DNA of 64,000 nucleotides from a virus: IMG/VR virus record IMGVR_UViG_3300042562_001145, positions 5,689 to 69,688 of that record; one strand, 5' to 3'. How positions within the stretch are numbered: position 1 is the stretch's first letter; every line of letters begins with the position of its first letter. Below the pieces are notes generated by a model, which was given only the letters and a program-made list of their open reading frames with translations, had not been told where the DNA came from and did not search any database. Positions 1 to 11,300 of this stretch are shown here, piece by piece. The position numbers and the translations under genes are program-made.

Positions 1-1
1 C

Positions 2-525
2 ACTTTTCTCTGCTTTTGAGTAGTAGTTTGGTAATTTATAGTCTAATTTTTCGTTTAGGTCATCAAGGTAGTTATTAAATTGGTTATCATAAGATGCTCT
101 AAAACAACACCTACAGTATTACCTATAATACCTAGTGCAACCTTTCCTGCAAATTTCTCGGCTCCGTGTGCCCACTTTTCTCCTGTTGATTGGTTTTGAG
201 CTGCATATTCTGCATTATCTCTGCCAACCTTATATTCATCATACCTTCTTATATTTGAGCCATCACGCAGAGTTGCATAGGCATCTTCTACGTCATAGTT
301 TTTTTGAGTGAAGGATTGTTTTTCAGAACTTTTTAATTCATTTTTAAAAAATAATCCACTATCTGGCTTATAATCACTTCTATGTATACTTTTTAAATCG
401 GGTGTTGTTGGTGTTACATAACTTGCTCTAATACTATCAGCTACTGCTTGGGTACCTGTAGTATCGGGGGTTGCAGAAAATCCACTTGCTTGGAATCTGC
501 CTATCTCTCTATCAATATCTTCCAT
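2..525 (-). CDS. N-terminus of a probable large virion-ejected protein, apparently frameshifted near 103 and running off the window edge
   Basis: The ORF 55..525 ends in an odd tail (LEHLMITNLITTLMT). The alternative frame from 103 reads FRASYDNQFNNYLDDLNEKLDYKLPNYYSKAEKS and is open to the window end. It lies last in the series of large ejected-protein genes. Confidence 0.55.
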
Positions 526-528
526 TTT

Positions 529-3393
529 TTATTTTTTTTCTTGAAACAGTAAGCCTTCTTCTCCTGGGTTTTCTAGTACATACTCCAGTATTGAATTTGT
601 TATTACTACTTGTGGATAATTTTTAACCATATTTAAAATTTCTGTATCTAAAACTTCGTCATTATTATTAAACTTACCTTGTTTTATTTGGAATCCATTG
701 GCTTTATTGGTTATTATTGCACCCCATACTCCATCCATAGGTACTACTTTTAATTCCATATTTTGCATATTGCTAGAAATATTTGATACAAGTTGGTCTA
801 TCTTTGGTTGTGGCATTTTATTTGCTAAGGCAATTGTAAATATTTCTTTTACTCCTTTTTTTGTTAATAAGAGGTCTGGTGAAACTGTAAATTCATCAAT
901 CACTGCTTTTGGTAATTGCTTCATATTCTCATCTGCCTTACCTAATATATTTTTGTTAGTTTGGTCTAAAAAGGCTGGTGTTTTATATGGCAAAATAACT
1001 TTATTTGCTCCAGCTACTCTAGTACTCAAAGCCTCTTGGCCCCTTACAGTATCAATGAACATAGATATTCTCTTATATGCAGAGTCTCCTTTTTCTAGAG
1101 TGATTATAGCAGGTGCTGACTGTGTTTCTACTCCAGCCACTGATCTTAATCCTTTTTTTTGTGTAACTATTATATTTTCCCCTTTCATATAAGCGGTATA
1201 TGAGCCCTCTTCTGGTTTAAATGCTGCAGAAAGTTCTCCATTCTTTTGTGAGAACAATCCTGTAAGCACTTTTCTTTCAGCTTCACTAGTAATATTGTAT
1301 TCTTTACCTGTAGTGAAGTAAGCTCCTCCTGGCGTACCTCTTTGGTCTTTTACATATTTACCAGCAGATTGTGTTGCTACTGTATTTAAAGACTTTTCTC
1401 CCCAATTGAAAATATTACCTTCATACAGAGCAGCACTAACATCGTTTGCATCTTTTGTAAGATCTGCAAGTTTTTTTATCTTACTTACATCTCCCTTAAT
1501 ATTATTTTTTAAGTTTGCCCATCCACCATTATCATTTACAAACTTTGTTATCTCGGCACCTTTTGCTTTAATAGTGTCTGCATGTTTACCGTAGTTTTCT
1601 ACAGCTCCTGCCCCTATTCCATACGCTGCTCCTGCTATTCCACCTATTGTGCCGGTAAACCCTGCTAATGGACCCCCTATGGCCCCTGCTGTTGCTCCTA
1701 ATGCAAACCCTGCTCCTCCAAACTTTGCCATTTTACCCAGTGTATTTATACCATCTGAAACAGCTCCGTATACCATATCTGTGATATTTGGGTTATTAAG
1801 TGCACCTTCTGCAACTTTTAACTGTCTTATATACTCATCTGAATCTTTATTAAATTCTTCTGTGTACCCCTTTTTTTCAGCTTGTACAACACTTGTCATC
1901 AAACTTATTCTTTTTTCATCTGCTTTTGTTATCTCTTTTGCTTCTGCACCATGAGATATTGCTAACTCTGAACCTACAAAAGCTTCTACAACTGCTGTAC
2001 CACTTGAATAATTTCTAGCCAGTTTTTCTTTACCTGGTATTACCCTAGGTTTTCCATTTTTCCATTCATAGCCTTTTTGGTTTAATCTTGAATTAAATCC
2101 ATCTCTTTGTACTTGGGTTGTAGTACTACTATTATAGGCACTTGCTGCATTTTGCATGATTTTGTTATACTCTGCATTATGATCAGCTTTTGATTGTGAA
2201 TAATAATCTACAGTTTCTGGTAAATCTGTAGCGGCCATATCTTGTCCTACATATCCTCCTGTTGATCCAGCTATTGGTTTACCATCTGCTCCTAACCCTC
2301 CTGCTGCTTTTGCTAGTGACTCTCTTTCTTCTCTTGCTTCTTTTCTCTCCGCTAATTCTAATTCTCTTTGTGCATAGTATTGTTCGTCTTTTTTATACTC
2401 TACATTTTCTCTACCACTTGCTATCTTAGCAATACTGTATTTATAAGCATTTAATTCCAAGAATCCCCCTAATTGTTCTGGATCATCTAGATTAATATTT
2501 TTATAAGTGTCTTCTGAGTCTTGTTTTTCTTTTGTTTTCCTCTCTAATCTACCTTTTGCATCTGCTCTTTCTGCTTCGCTTTTCAAAGTGTTACTTGAAT
2601 CTGCTGTTAGTTGTTTTATGTCTATATCAATAGTTTCAATTTCTTCTTTTTTTCTTTGTTCAAAATTAACCTTGGCTGCTGGCATATTATTTTGCACCTT
2701 AGCCCAACCGTTAATTTTAAGTTGGTTTATTACTTTTGAAGATAGCAGCTCTGGCATGTACTGATATATTTCTTCTGGTTTAAGCCCGTTTAATGTTCTT
2801 GTTACAAGATTCCCTGCACCGTCTTTTGTTTGAATAACTTGGTCTCCCTTCAGAGCTTTCAGTTTTGTTAATTCCTCTAAAACCTCTTTATTAATATCTG
2901 TATAAGGGGTGTATTCTAATCTACCTAAATCATCTCTTTTGCCTGCCATATAATCACTAAGGCCTGATTTATACATAGCGTATGCATCATTTGCTGAGTT
3001 ATACTCTCCAGGCTTTTTTGATTTTATCTCGTCTAGCTCGGCATTGTAGCTATATATCTTTTGCGAGTTTGAAATTTGTGTTTTTACCTCATCATCAATA
3101 GCTCCTCCAATATAGTTTGTTATTTGTCTAGCTACTACATTATCTGTTAAATCTACTTTTGAATTTGCATCTACCATGCTTAATAAGCCTTGTAGTTTAT
3201 CTCCAAGGTATCTTTTATCTTTATCTCTAGCTAAAGGTACGCTAGATACTTTTGCTATAAGATCATCAATCTTAGCTAAGTTAACATCAAACTTCTGTTG
3301 CATAGCACCTTGTACAGATGCTATATATTTCGCTTGTTCGTTAGTATCTATTGCGTGACCGTAATTTAACGGGGCTGAATATGCGTTTGCCAT
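529..3393 (-). CDS. Large putative virion internal/ejected protein (954 aa) with coiled-coil and Gly/Ala-rich hydrophobic segment
   Basis: Long ORF with own promoter at 3416-3456. The GGAGFALGATAGAIGGPLAGFTGTIGGIAGAAYGIGAG glycine-zipper-like stretch suggests membrane insertion. Position fits crAss-like cargo genes. Confidence 0.6.
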   Translation of the reverse strand: MANAYSAPLNYGHAIDTNEQAKYIASVQGAMQQKFDVNLAKIDDLIAKVSSVPLARDKDKRYLGDKLQGLLSMVDANSKVDLTDNVVARQITNYIGGAIDDEVKTQISNSQKIYSYNAELDEIKSKKPGEYNSANDAYAMYKSGLSDYMAGKRDDLGRLEYTPYTDINKEVLEELTKLKALKGDQVIQTKDGAGNLVTRTLNGLKPEEIYQYMPELLSSKVINQLKINGWAKVQNNMPAAKVNFEQRKKEEIETIDIDIKQLTADSSNTLKSEAERADAKGRLERKTKEKQDSEDTYKNINLDDPEQLGGFLELNAYKYSIAKIASGRENVEYKKDEQYYAQRELELAERKEAREERESLAKAAGGLGADGKPIAGSTGGYVGQDMAATDLPETVDYYSQSKADHNAEYNKIMQNAASAYNSSTTTQVQRDGFNSRLNQKGYEWKNGKPRVIPGKEKLARNYSSGTAVVEAFVGSELAISHGAEAKEITKADEKRISLMTSVVQAEKKGYTEEFNKDSDEYIRQLKVAEGALNNPNITDMVYGAVSDGINTLGKMAKFGGAGFALGATAGAIGGPLAGFTGTIGGIAGAAYGIGAGAVENYGKHADTIKAKGAEITKFVNDNGGWANLKNNIKGDVSKIKKLADLTKDANDVSAALYEGNIFNWGEKSLNTVATQSAGKYVKDQRGTPGGAYFTTGKEYNITSEAERKVLTGLFSQKNGELSAAFKPEEGSYTAYMKGENIIVTQKKGLRSVAGVETQSAPAIITLEKGDSAYKRISMFIDTVRGQEALSTRVAGANKVILPYKTPAFLDQTNKNILGKADENMKQLPKAVIDEFTVSPDLLLTKKGVKEIFTIALANKMPQPKIDQLVSNISSNMQNMELKVVPMDGVWGAIITNKANGFQIKQGKFNNNDEVLDTEILNMVKNYPQVVITNSILEYVLENPGEEGLLFQEKK

Positions 3394-3415
3394 TTTATTT
3401 TCTTAAAATTTTATG

Positions 3416-3456
3416 CAAATATACAATCTTTATTTGTTTTCTGCAAATTAATTAAA
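3416..3456 (-). promoter_or_regulatory. Bacteroidota sigma-A type promoter
   Basis: Minus strand TTTG (3444-3447), 20-nt spacer, TATATTTG (3416-3423). Confidence 0.75.
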
Positions 3457-5397
3457 TTATTTCTTTTTAAATCTGCCACCAAATTTTTTCTTAGTCTTAG
3501 TGCTACTAGCTTGAACATTGTCTGGTTCTGCGTTGTTAGCTACATTTCCTACAGGAAGGCCTTTTCGTTTATTTGCTATTTGTTCTGGGGTTAGTCCAGA
3601 TTCGGCTGCATTTTTTGCTGCCTGGTTTTGTGAAAAGTCTGTATTGTAGTTTGGTGTGTATCCGTAGCCTGTGTTTTGTACTTGTGGGTTCATAGCATTT
3701 CCCCAGTTAGTTGTGCTAACTGTCTTCCAGTTATTCACTTGGTCTTCAAAGTCTCTATTAAACATATTGTTCAAATCATTTTCATAATTTGCAATACCCC
3801 TCATATAAAGTTCTTGATACTTGCCTGCATTATTGTTTTCAGCATCCTGTTCTCTATCTCCAATTTGGTTATTATAGTCTTCTGCTCTTTCATCTGCTGC
3901 TGCGTTATACCTATTTGTTTCGGATATAATTTTATTTCTATTAGCAGCGGCATTTCCTGCAAGACCTACTCCTGCTAATGCTAGATCTGAACCTGATAAA
4001 TTGCTGGACATTTGATTCATAACCGCTTGATTCATTACATCAGCTTCTTTTAGTGCTTCTGTTGATGATGTGTGCTTAGCCTTTCTTCTATTATATCTAG
4101 TCTCAAATTTAAGAGGTGCTTGTAATGTTGGAAAATTTGGTATTCTTTGTGGCAAACTTAATGTCCCCCATTGTGTACGTTTACCTAGGCTTATAGGTTC
4201 TGCTGGTTGTGCCTCTTTAGCTGGTTCTGCTTCTTTTGCTGGCTCCGTGGTTTCTACCATAGCCTGTAATAATGCGTTGTGGAAAGGCCCTGGTTTGGCA
4301 TCTGTAGCTAGCTTTTGTATTTCTGCGTATCTTGCATCTCCAGTAAGACCTTCTAATTGTTTTTGGATATTTGGAGAAAATTTTCCTTTATTGGTAGTTA
4401 ACCATTCGTCAATCTTTTTAGCCTTTTCTTTGTCTAACATACTAGTTTTAACTAGAGGTATCCACTGTCTACTATAATTATCCCCTTGCCAAATAGGATT
4501 AGAGCTAACATCTCTTGGTGTATAAGGTAAGGTATTTACTGTCATAGGTGTCTTAGTAAAATCTTCTCTGCCTGTAGATCTTACTAAAAGGTCTCTATTT
4601 TTTTTATACAACTGATTGTAGTCATTATACAAATTATCTTTAGTATCTACTGCTCCATCAAGATTGTTATCTCCTTGTATGTATTGATCTCCATTTTGGT
4701 ACTGTGGTAAATTCAATAACTCATGGGCTCTTTCTGGGCTTATACCATGCTTATACGCAAGCTCTTCTACCATTCCTCCAGACTCCATTTTATAGTTTTG
4801 CCCTGGCTCTGGTGTTTTTGTAGCTTCTTGTGCCTCAAACAACATATTAAATAACCCCTCTCTATCTTTTTCTAAAGGTTCTTTTGCTTTAGTAAGTTGG
4901 TTTATTTGTTTAGAGATATACTGTTCGTTTAATTTCTCTGTGTCTTTATGTTTATTGGTCTTCTTTTCTTGCTCCATCAAACCTATGTTTTTTTCTAGGT
5001 TATCATTTATTTCTTGAAGTCCAATTTTTTTAGTGTACTTATCTAATACTTTTGAATACGTATCTGTAGCTTTTACCCCTATGTCAGCTGTCTCTTTTAA
5101 ATACTTTGCTAGTGGGATACCAATTTGTAAATGGTTACTAACTATTCTAGTACCGTCTTCAAGTTTTACTGGCATACCTCCGGTTTCATGAGATTTTCCT
5201 TTTGCTTTTCTAATACCTTGCGAATCTTGGACATATTCTCCTCCTTCAATCTCAGCATTAGGTTCAGCTATTGGTTCCTTAGCATCTAAGGCGAATTGGT
5301 ATTCGCCTGTTAATGCCTTGTTTAAATTTTTCTTCTCTCCACCTTCTGCGAAGAATATGTTTTCAAAAATTTCTTTTGGTATTGCTATAGTTTTCAT
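3457..5397 (-). CDS. Putative virion internal/cargo protein (646 aa)
   Basis: N-terminal NAEIEGGE...GKSHETGG module, xxGG motifs, basic C-terminus (KKKFGGRFKKK), structural-arm context. Confidence 0.55.
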   Translation of the reverse strand: MKTIAIPKEIFENIFFAEGGEKKNLNKALTGEYQFALDAKEPIAEPNAEIEGGEYVQDSQGIRKAKGKSHETGGMPVKLEDGTRIVSNHLQIGIPLAKYLKETADIGVKATDTYSKVLDKYTKKIGLQEINDNLEKNIGLMEQEKKTNKHKDTEKLNEQYISKQINQLTKAKEPLEKDREGLFNMLFEAQEATKTPEPGQNYKMESGGMVEELAYKHGISPERAHELLNLPQYQNGDQYIQGDNNLDGAVDTKDNLYNDYNQLYKKNRDLLVRSTGREDFTKTPMTVNTLPYTPRDVSSNPIWQGDNYSRQWIPLVKTSMLDKEKAKKIDEWLTTNKGKFSPNIQKQLEGLTGDARYAEIQKLATDAKPGPFHNALLQAMVETTEPAKEAEPAKEAQPAEPISLGKRTQWGTLSLPQRIPNFPTLQAPLKFETRYNRRKAKHTSSTEALKEADVMNQAVMNQMSSNLSGSDLALAGVGLAGNAAANRNKIISETNRYNAAADERAEDYNNQIGDREQDAENNNAGKYQELYMRGIANYENDLNNMFNRDFEDQVNNWKTVSTTNWGNAMNPQVQNTGYGYTPNYNTDFSQNQAAKNAAESGLTPEQIANKRKGLPVGNVANNAEPDNVQASSTKTKKKFGGRFKKK

Positions 5398-5416
5398 ATT
5401 GCGTTTTTATTGTAAA

Positions 5417-8347
5417 TTATGAGTACTGTACTTCGTAGTTTCCTGTTTTTTTATTTAAGGTATAGCTTTTTATAGTTTTTCCTTTTAGTACTTCTAAGTA
5501 TTTACCTCCGGCTCTCATTTGTGGAGTTCCTTGCTCTGGTGCTTCCATTTCAGTTTCTCCTCCTTGTATTTCTTGCATTATCTCTTGTATAATTTGGATT
5601 GCTTGTTCTTGAGGCATTCCCATTTGAACCAATTGCTCTAAGATCTGTTGTGGATCTGCTCCTTGTTTCAAAGCTTGTTCAACTTGATCTTCAATTTGTT
5701 CCATGCTTGGGCTTTCTCCTTCTGCTCCTTCATCTTCCCCCTCCATTTGTTCGTCCATTGCTTCTCCACCTTCTTGGTAATATCCACCTCTTCTTAATTG
5801 TGGTGTGCCTTGTGGTGCTTGTTGTTGGCCCCCTTGTAATTCTTGCATAGCCATTTGAATCATTTGCTGTGCTTGATCTTGTGGGATGCCCATTTGTACA
5901 AGTTGTTGCAAGATTTGTTGAGGGTCGGCACCTTGTTGTAATGCTTGGGAGATTTGTTGCATTATTTGTTGCATCTGTTCTTGTTGAGGAACCTCTCCTT
6001 GCTCTTCTTGTGGATTAGGCATTTGTCCTCCCATTTGGTCTTCTTGCGGAGATTGCATTCCTCCTTCTTGGTAGTAGCCTCCGTTATTAAATTCATAGTC
6101 TATACCTAGATAATTTAAGCCTTTATTAGCGGTTTTTTTCATCATTTCCGGCATTCTTCTAATCGTATTAGGTATACTACTTTGCTCTTCCCTATAAGCT
6201 TCTAGGTAATTTTTTGGTATACCTGTGTTACCACCTCCTACTCTTATCATAGTGCCTCCCTCTGGTATAACTCCTCCTCCATTTATTATTTCTAAAAACT
6301 CTTCTGGTGTTTTATTATATTTTTTTGCTATACTATTTAGTTCTGCTTGTGACATGCCTGAAGTACCACCTTTTTGATAGTAACCACCTAATTCAAATCC
6401 TAACTCTTTTACTCCAGAAGCTAATTGTCTTGTTCCTGAAGTAATCTGTGCAGGATCATAATACTTATTTAAAGCTACCTTTGGGGCTTTTAAATATTTA
6501 AGTGAACCCACTGTAGCACCTGCTACTAAAGGTGTTCCCACACTACTTATATAAGGCATATATGAATCTTCTTGTTGTGCTCTATATGGTGCTTGGCCTA
6601 ATTCAGATGCCATATTTCCTATATATACTGCTGGATTTACATAGTCATCAAAAAAGTTAGGTTCATTTGATACTCTAAATTTATCTCCTGTAGCTTGAGT
6701 TTCTTTAGCTAAAACTTTTCTCCAATTATCCATTGTGTATGGAATATCTTGGTATTTTATACTTTCGTTTATCCTTGCTTGTCTTTCAGCTGCAATTTCT
6801 TTATCTGTTTTTTCTCTTTTGCCTACTTTCTTTTTTTGATTTATTTCAGCTTTTTTTCCAAGATTATTTTTATCTATTTCTGCACGAAACGCAATTGCTG
6901 CTGGTGAATTTGGATCTATTCCGTAAGCATTTCTTTCTACTGGAACTGAAGCCTTAGGTTGCAATTCTATTTTTTTTCTATTGGCTGTCTTTCTTTTAGG
7001 TGCCTCTGTTCTAAGATTCTCTTTTTTGAATCTTTCGTCTTTAAGTTCTGATAGCAGCTTTATATTGTCTTGAGCTGAACCTGTAGTATATCCTAACTCT
7101 TTAGCTTTACTCCAAGGCATGCCTGTTTTGTGAACCCACATATCTCTTGCTGAACTAGAGTCAAAAGCAGGAGTCTGTTCTTTAGCTGGCTCTACATAGT
7201 CTTTTGGTGTTTCTTCTGCCGTAGCTGATCCTGGTTCTGCTCTTAGTGAGATAGCTCTTTTTTGTTGCTCTGAGTTTACATATTTATCCATAGACTCATT
7301 CTCTCCATAAGAACCTTCTTCTCCTGGGTATAATCCGGCTTCTTGATACATTGGTAGTTGGTATCCTCCTAATTTAAAGGTGCTAAATCTGCCTCCTCTT
7401 TTTAATCCTGTTGGTTTGTTTTGTCCGGTCATTCCTTCTCTTTGTTTTTGATAATAATCTTGTTTTTGTTGTTGTTGTACGTTTGCTGATCCCATTCCTC
7501 CAAGAAATCCTTTTGCTCCTTCAAATAGTACATTTGCACTATTTGCCACTAAGCCTAATGTGTTTCCCTCTTTGAGTGATTTTCCTGCATTGAATAGGCT
7601 ATCTTGCATACTATATCCACCATAGGGATTATTGAATTGGTACAGTCCAGTTCCTTCTTCAACATCTTTTCTAAGGTTTTTTTGTTTTTCTGTATTCGCC
7701 TCTGTATCTTCTTCTAAGGTCATAGATGCCATAGGTTTAGTTACTGGAGTTGTGACTAGCCCAGCAGGTTGTAGGCCCTCTCCTAATGCTGTTAGTTGTG
7801 GTCTTGTATTATTGGTAGCTCCGGCTAATGTGGTTGCATCCCCAGTTGGTGCTTGAGGTTGCCCCATTATATTAGTGGCTCCTGCAGTCGTTCCTTGTCC
7901 ATTAGTTATAGGTTGCCCAAAAGCATCTAACTCTGCAGTGCCTGCAAGCTGGTACATAGGTAGTTGATAACCTCCATTTGCATGTTTTTGTTCCCACATA
8001 GAGTAAGCTATAGCTACTGCTTGTTGTTGTGGTCTTCCTTCACGTATTAGTTTTGCGATTTTCTCGCTAATCCAACTTTCTTTTGTTCCCCCACTTGCAA
8101 ATTTTGGTGTTTCAAAAACAAATGATGCTCCACCAAATTTGTAATCTTGGCCTGGTTGCATCATTATACTGTTTCCTATAGGTCTTCCGTTTTCATCTAG
8201 TGGAGTTCCTTGTACTGGGTAAGGTGTGTTTCTCATAGTAATATTTTCACTTGGTATTATGTTAAATGGATTACTCTCTGTAGAATATCCTGGAGTATAT
8301 CCTGTGTTATTTATAGGATTTGTTTTTCTTGTGTATTTTTTTTGCAT
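5417..8347 (-). CDS. Modular Gln/Gly-rich putative virion cargo protein (about 976 aa)
   Basis: Likely ATG at 8347 right after the upstream stop. Two copies of QAL.QGADPQQIL.QLVQMG.PQ.QA.Q.IQ..MQE.Q and many xxGG motifs. Confidence 0.6.
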   Translation of the reverse strand: MQKKYTRKTNPINNTGYTPGYSTESNPFNIIPSENITMRNTPYPVQGTPLDENGRPIGNSIMMQPGQDYKFGGASFVFETPKFASGGTKESWISEKIAKLIREGRPQQQAVAIAYSMWEQKHANGGYQLPMYQLAGTAELDAFGQPITNGQGTTAGATNIMGQPQAPTGDATTLAGATNNTRPQLTALGEGLQPAGLVTTPVTKPMASMTLEEDTEANTEKQKNLRKDVEEGTGLYQFNNPYGGYSMQDSLFNAGKSLKEGNTLGLVANSANVLFEGAKGFLGGMGSANVQQQQKQDYYQKQREGMTGQNKPTGLKRGGRFSTFKLGGYQLPMYQEAGLYPGEEGSYGENESMDKYVNSEQQKRAISLRAEPGSATAEETPKDYVEPAKEQTPAFDSSSARDMWVHKTGMPWSKAKELGYTTGSAQDNIKLLSELKDERFKKENLRTEAPKRKTANRKKIELQPKASVPVERNAYGIDPNSPAAIAFRAEIDKNNLGKKAEINQKKKVGKREKTDKEIAAERQARINESIKYQDIPYTMDNWRKVLAKETQATGDKFRVSNEPNFFDDYVNPAVYIGNMASELGQAPYRAQQEDSYMPYISSVGTPLVAGATVGSLKYLKAPKVALNKYYDPAQITSGTRQLASGVKELGFELGGYYQKGGTSGMSQAELNSIAKKYNKTPEEFLEIINGGGVIPEGGTMIRVGGGNTGIPKNYLEAYREEQSSIPNTIRRMPEMMKKTANKGLNYLGIDYEFNNGGYYQEGGMQSPQEDQMGGQMPNPQEEQGEVPQQEQMQQIMQQISQALQQGADPQQILQQLVQMGIPQDQAQQMIQMAMQELQGGQQQAPQGTPQLRRGGYYQEGGEAMDEQMEGEDEGAEGESPSMEQIEDQVEQALKQGADPQQILEQLVQMGMPQEQAIQIIQEIMQEIQGGETEMEAPEQGTPQMRAGGKYLEVLKGKTIKSYTLNKKTGNYEVQYS

Positions 8348-8349
8348 CA

Positions 8350-11300
8350 CTATATCTTTTTTTGTTTTTCTAAATCTTTTCTCCACTTAAATACATTGGG
8401 CTGTGTAAGTAATTCATCTGTGGCTGTTTTATATGATTTCTTGTCGTCTGTTACATCAAAAATACTTCCATAATTTAATACTTTATTTGTGTAATCAACA
8501 TCATAATCTTTAGCCCAATCACTAATCTTCTTTCCATTTGATACATGCCCTAGTGAACTATTGTATACTGTTATAGCTCTGTAAATTGCATCTTTTTTAT
8601 TATACCCTTTTTTCAAGAATCTTTTATAATCAGTTGCTAGTTTGTGCATTGTTGTTAGTGATGCTTTGTCTTCATCATTAAAATTACTTTTTGTAACTCC
8701 AATTTCTGTTAAATCATCTTCTCCAAAGTTAGTCTCGTACTTTAGTCTACCTGCCCCCTTTGATACTTCATCGCTTTTTAATCCTAGTGCATTTGCTATT
8801 GTTGCAATTGCTGGTTTTACTCCTGTTGTATAATATGCACTAGTTCCATATCCTGTCTCTTGTCCTAATATACCTAGAGTAGCTTTTGCTAATGATTGGT
8901 ATTCATCATCTCCAAGATTAAAACTCTTAGAAAAGACTTTTTTATTTTTTGGGTCATTCAGAGGTTTTATAAAACTATTTTGCAATTTTTCTTTTGCTGT
9001 AGATGTTATACTTTTATAGTTTTCTCCATCTAGCAATTTTTCCTTGTTTGGATTTATTTTTATTTTTAAATCGTCTCTAACTACCTTCTTCTCCCCTAAG
9101 TTTATCTCTTTGTAGTCAGGTCTAAAAATACCTCTTACTGCAAATCCTCTCTTCATTCCTCCAGAAACTATTTGACCATCTTTTACTAAATCTCTATACT
9201 CTACTCCAGTATAGTTTCCAGTTACGTAATTTTTATCGTGTACATTATGTAATACATAATAACTTCCATCTGGATTTACTTTATCTATTAATCCTGTGTG
9301 TGTTGTTCCTGTACCTGCTGCGTTTGCTTGTTTTTGATAATCACTCAATCCTCCTGTAAACATTGTTACAACATCTCCTGCCTTAACTTCTTTTGATTTG
9401 ATCTTTGCTCCTCCAGAGTCAACTATGTTCTTTCCTATTTCCCAAGCATTACCATGTAGGCCTGTTTTTTTAGTCCATTCTTCTCTAGCAACATCTGGTT
9501 GTACATTTCTATATAACTCATTCTGCATGTACTCTGAACATTGTGTTTCTGTACAGTTTCCTAATTCTCCTAGTCCTTCTTTTATACTAGCATATCCAGA
9601 ATCGCTGTTGTGTTGATTATATTGTGTCATGGCTTTCTTAGTGGCATTACCTAATTTACCATCAATACCATTATTCTCAAATTTACCTTCTGGATTTAAG
9701 TTATAACCTTTTTGTACTAGACTTCTTTGTAGATTTTTTACGTCCTCCTTTGTTTTGTATTTTGATAAGTCTAGACTAATTTCTTTATTTTCAATTGCAT
9801 CTTCTAGCATTGACCTACCATCAATATCTTTTTTTAATTTTCCAATTTCTAGGTCCCTACTTTTTGTATCTGCTGCCGAAATTTTTGACTGTACTGCAGA
9901 ACTTCTAAGTATTTCTTTTCTTAGTCTATCTTCCTCATTTTTAGTGACTGGCATATTAAGTTGTGCTCTGCCTGGTATTATATCCTTTACTGTTGCATTT
10001 GGCTGCTCACTATACTCTTGTGGCAAACTACTTCTTTTAAATTTCTCTATGTTATCAGGTCTTTTCCAAGATTTGACTACTACTTCTTCTAATTGCCCAC
10101 CAGGTGATACATAAGTTGTATCTTCTCCAGTACCAAAATATATACCTTGCTCTTTCTTTAAATCTGGTCTAAGCTGCATTAGCTGTTCTATCGTTGGTAC
10201 AGCTCTACTGTCCTCTTTTAGTCCTGGTATTTTTTTAAGGTTAGGGTTTTCTATATTCTCTCTTACTACTCCTTCTGGTCTTTCTCTATAATCTATAGGT
10301 AATTTTTTAGTAGGATCTATTTCTTGAGCTGCTTCAGTGCTTTCGTATGCTTCTGGCTCTGTCATACCTCCTTCTGCAAAGTATCCTAATCTTGATCTTT
10401 GTTTCTTTTTTGGATTAAACCTTCTTCCTTCAATCTCTCCACCATTCTCATACTTTCTTTTCTGACTTAAATCACTAAGTATTCCTCTTTTTTGTGCTTC
10501 TAGTAGTATTTCTTGTCTTGTTTTATCATTAATAAATGGGATACTTCCCACAGCACTGCCTATAAAATTGTTATATAAATCAGATTTGGTTTCTTTCCAT
10601 ACACTTCCTGGTTCAATCTCATGTAAAGCTCCCATTACATTAGCTGCTATCATCCCTGTCCCCATAGGAAACTGTGAAGCTACTTTAGCAGCAGATGCCG
10701 AGTGTCTTAACGCATCTAGCCCTCCATTATGTGGCCCCTTAACTCCACTCTTTCTTGCAGTATTTTGTACTGTTTCTTGAAATTCTGTTACTCCCATAGA
10801 CTTCATTATATCTTCTTGGAAATCACTTTTTTGAGGTCTTTGGTTTAGTATTATCTTTTTACTACTTAGATTTGGTATATTGTCTCTGGATACTCTTGGT
10901 ATTCCTTTTTGTCCACCATCTGGATAACGTGGAGTTATTTTTCTTGTATTGTTAGGACTTTGTTCTGACAATATAGATCCACCATTTAGAAAAGTAGTTT
11001 CTGGTAATTGTGCGTATTGGATAGTCGGCATTTGTTGTTGATCTAATCTATACGCAGAACCGTCAAACTGTGGTGCTTGTTGTGGTTGTTCTCTTTGTGG
11101 TGCTTGTTCGGTGCGTTGTTTCATTTCTTCCATGAAAGCTTGCTCCTGTTGTTTTTTAGCTATTGATGCTTTTGCTGTATCAGCCTCTTGATCTTCTTTT
11201 GTTTTTGTGGAATCTTTTAATCCTCTATATTGAGAAACTTCTCCAAGTAAAGCTGCTTGTTGTTCTCTACTTAACCCTTCATAACCGGCTCCCATATTAT

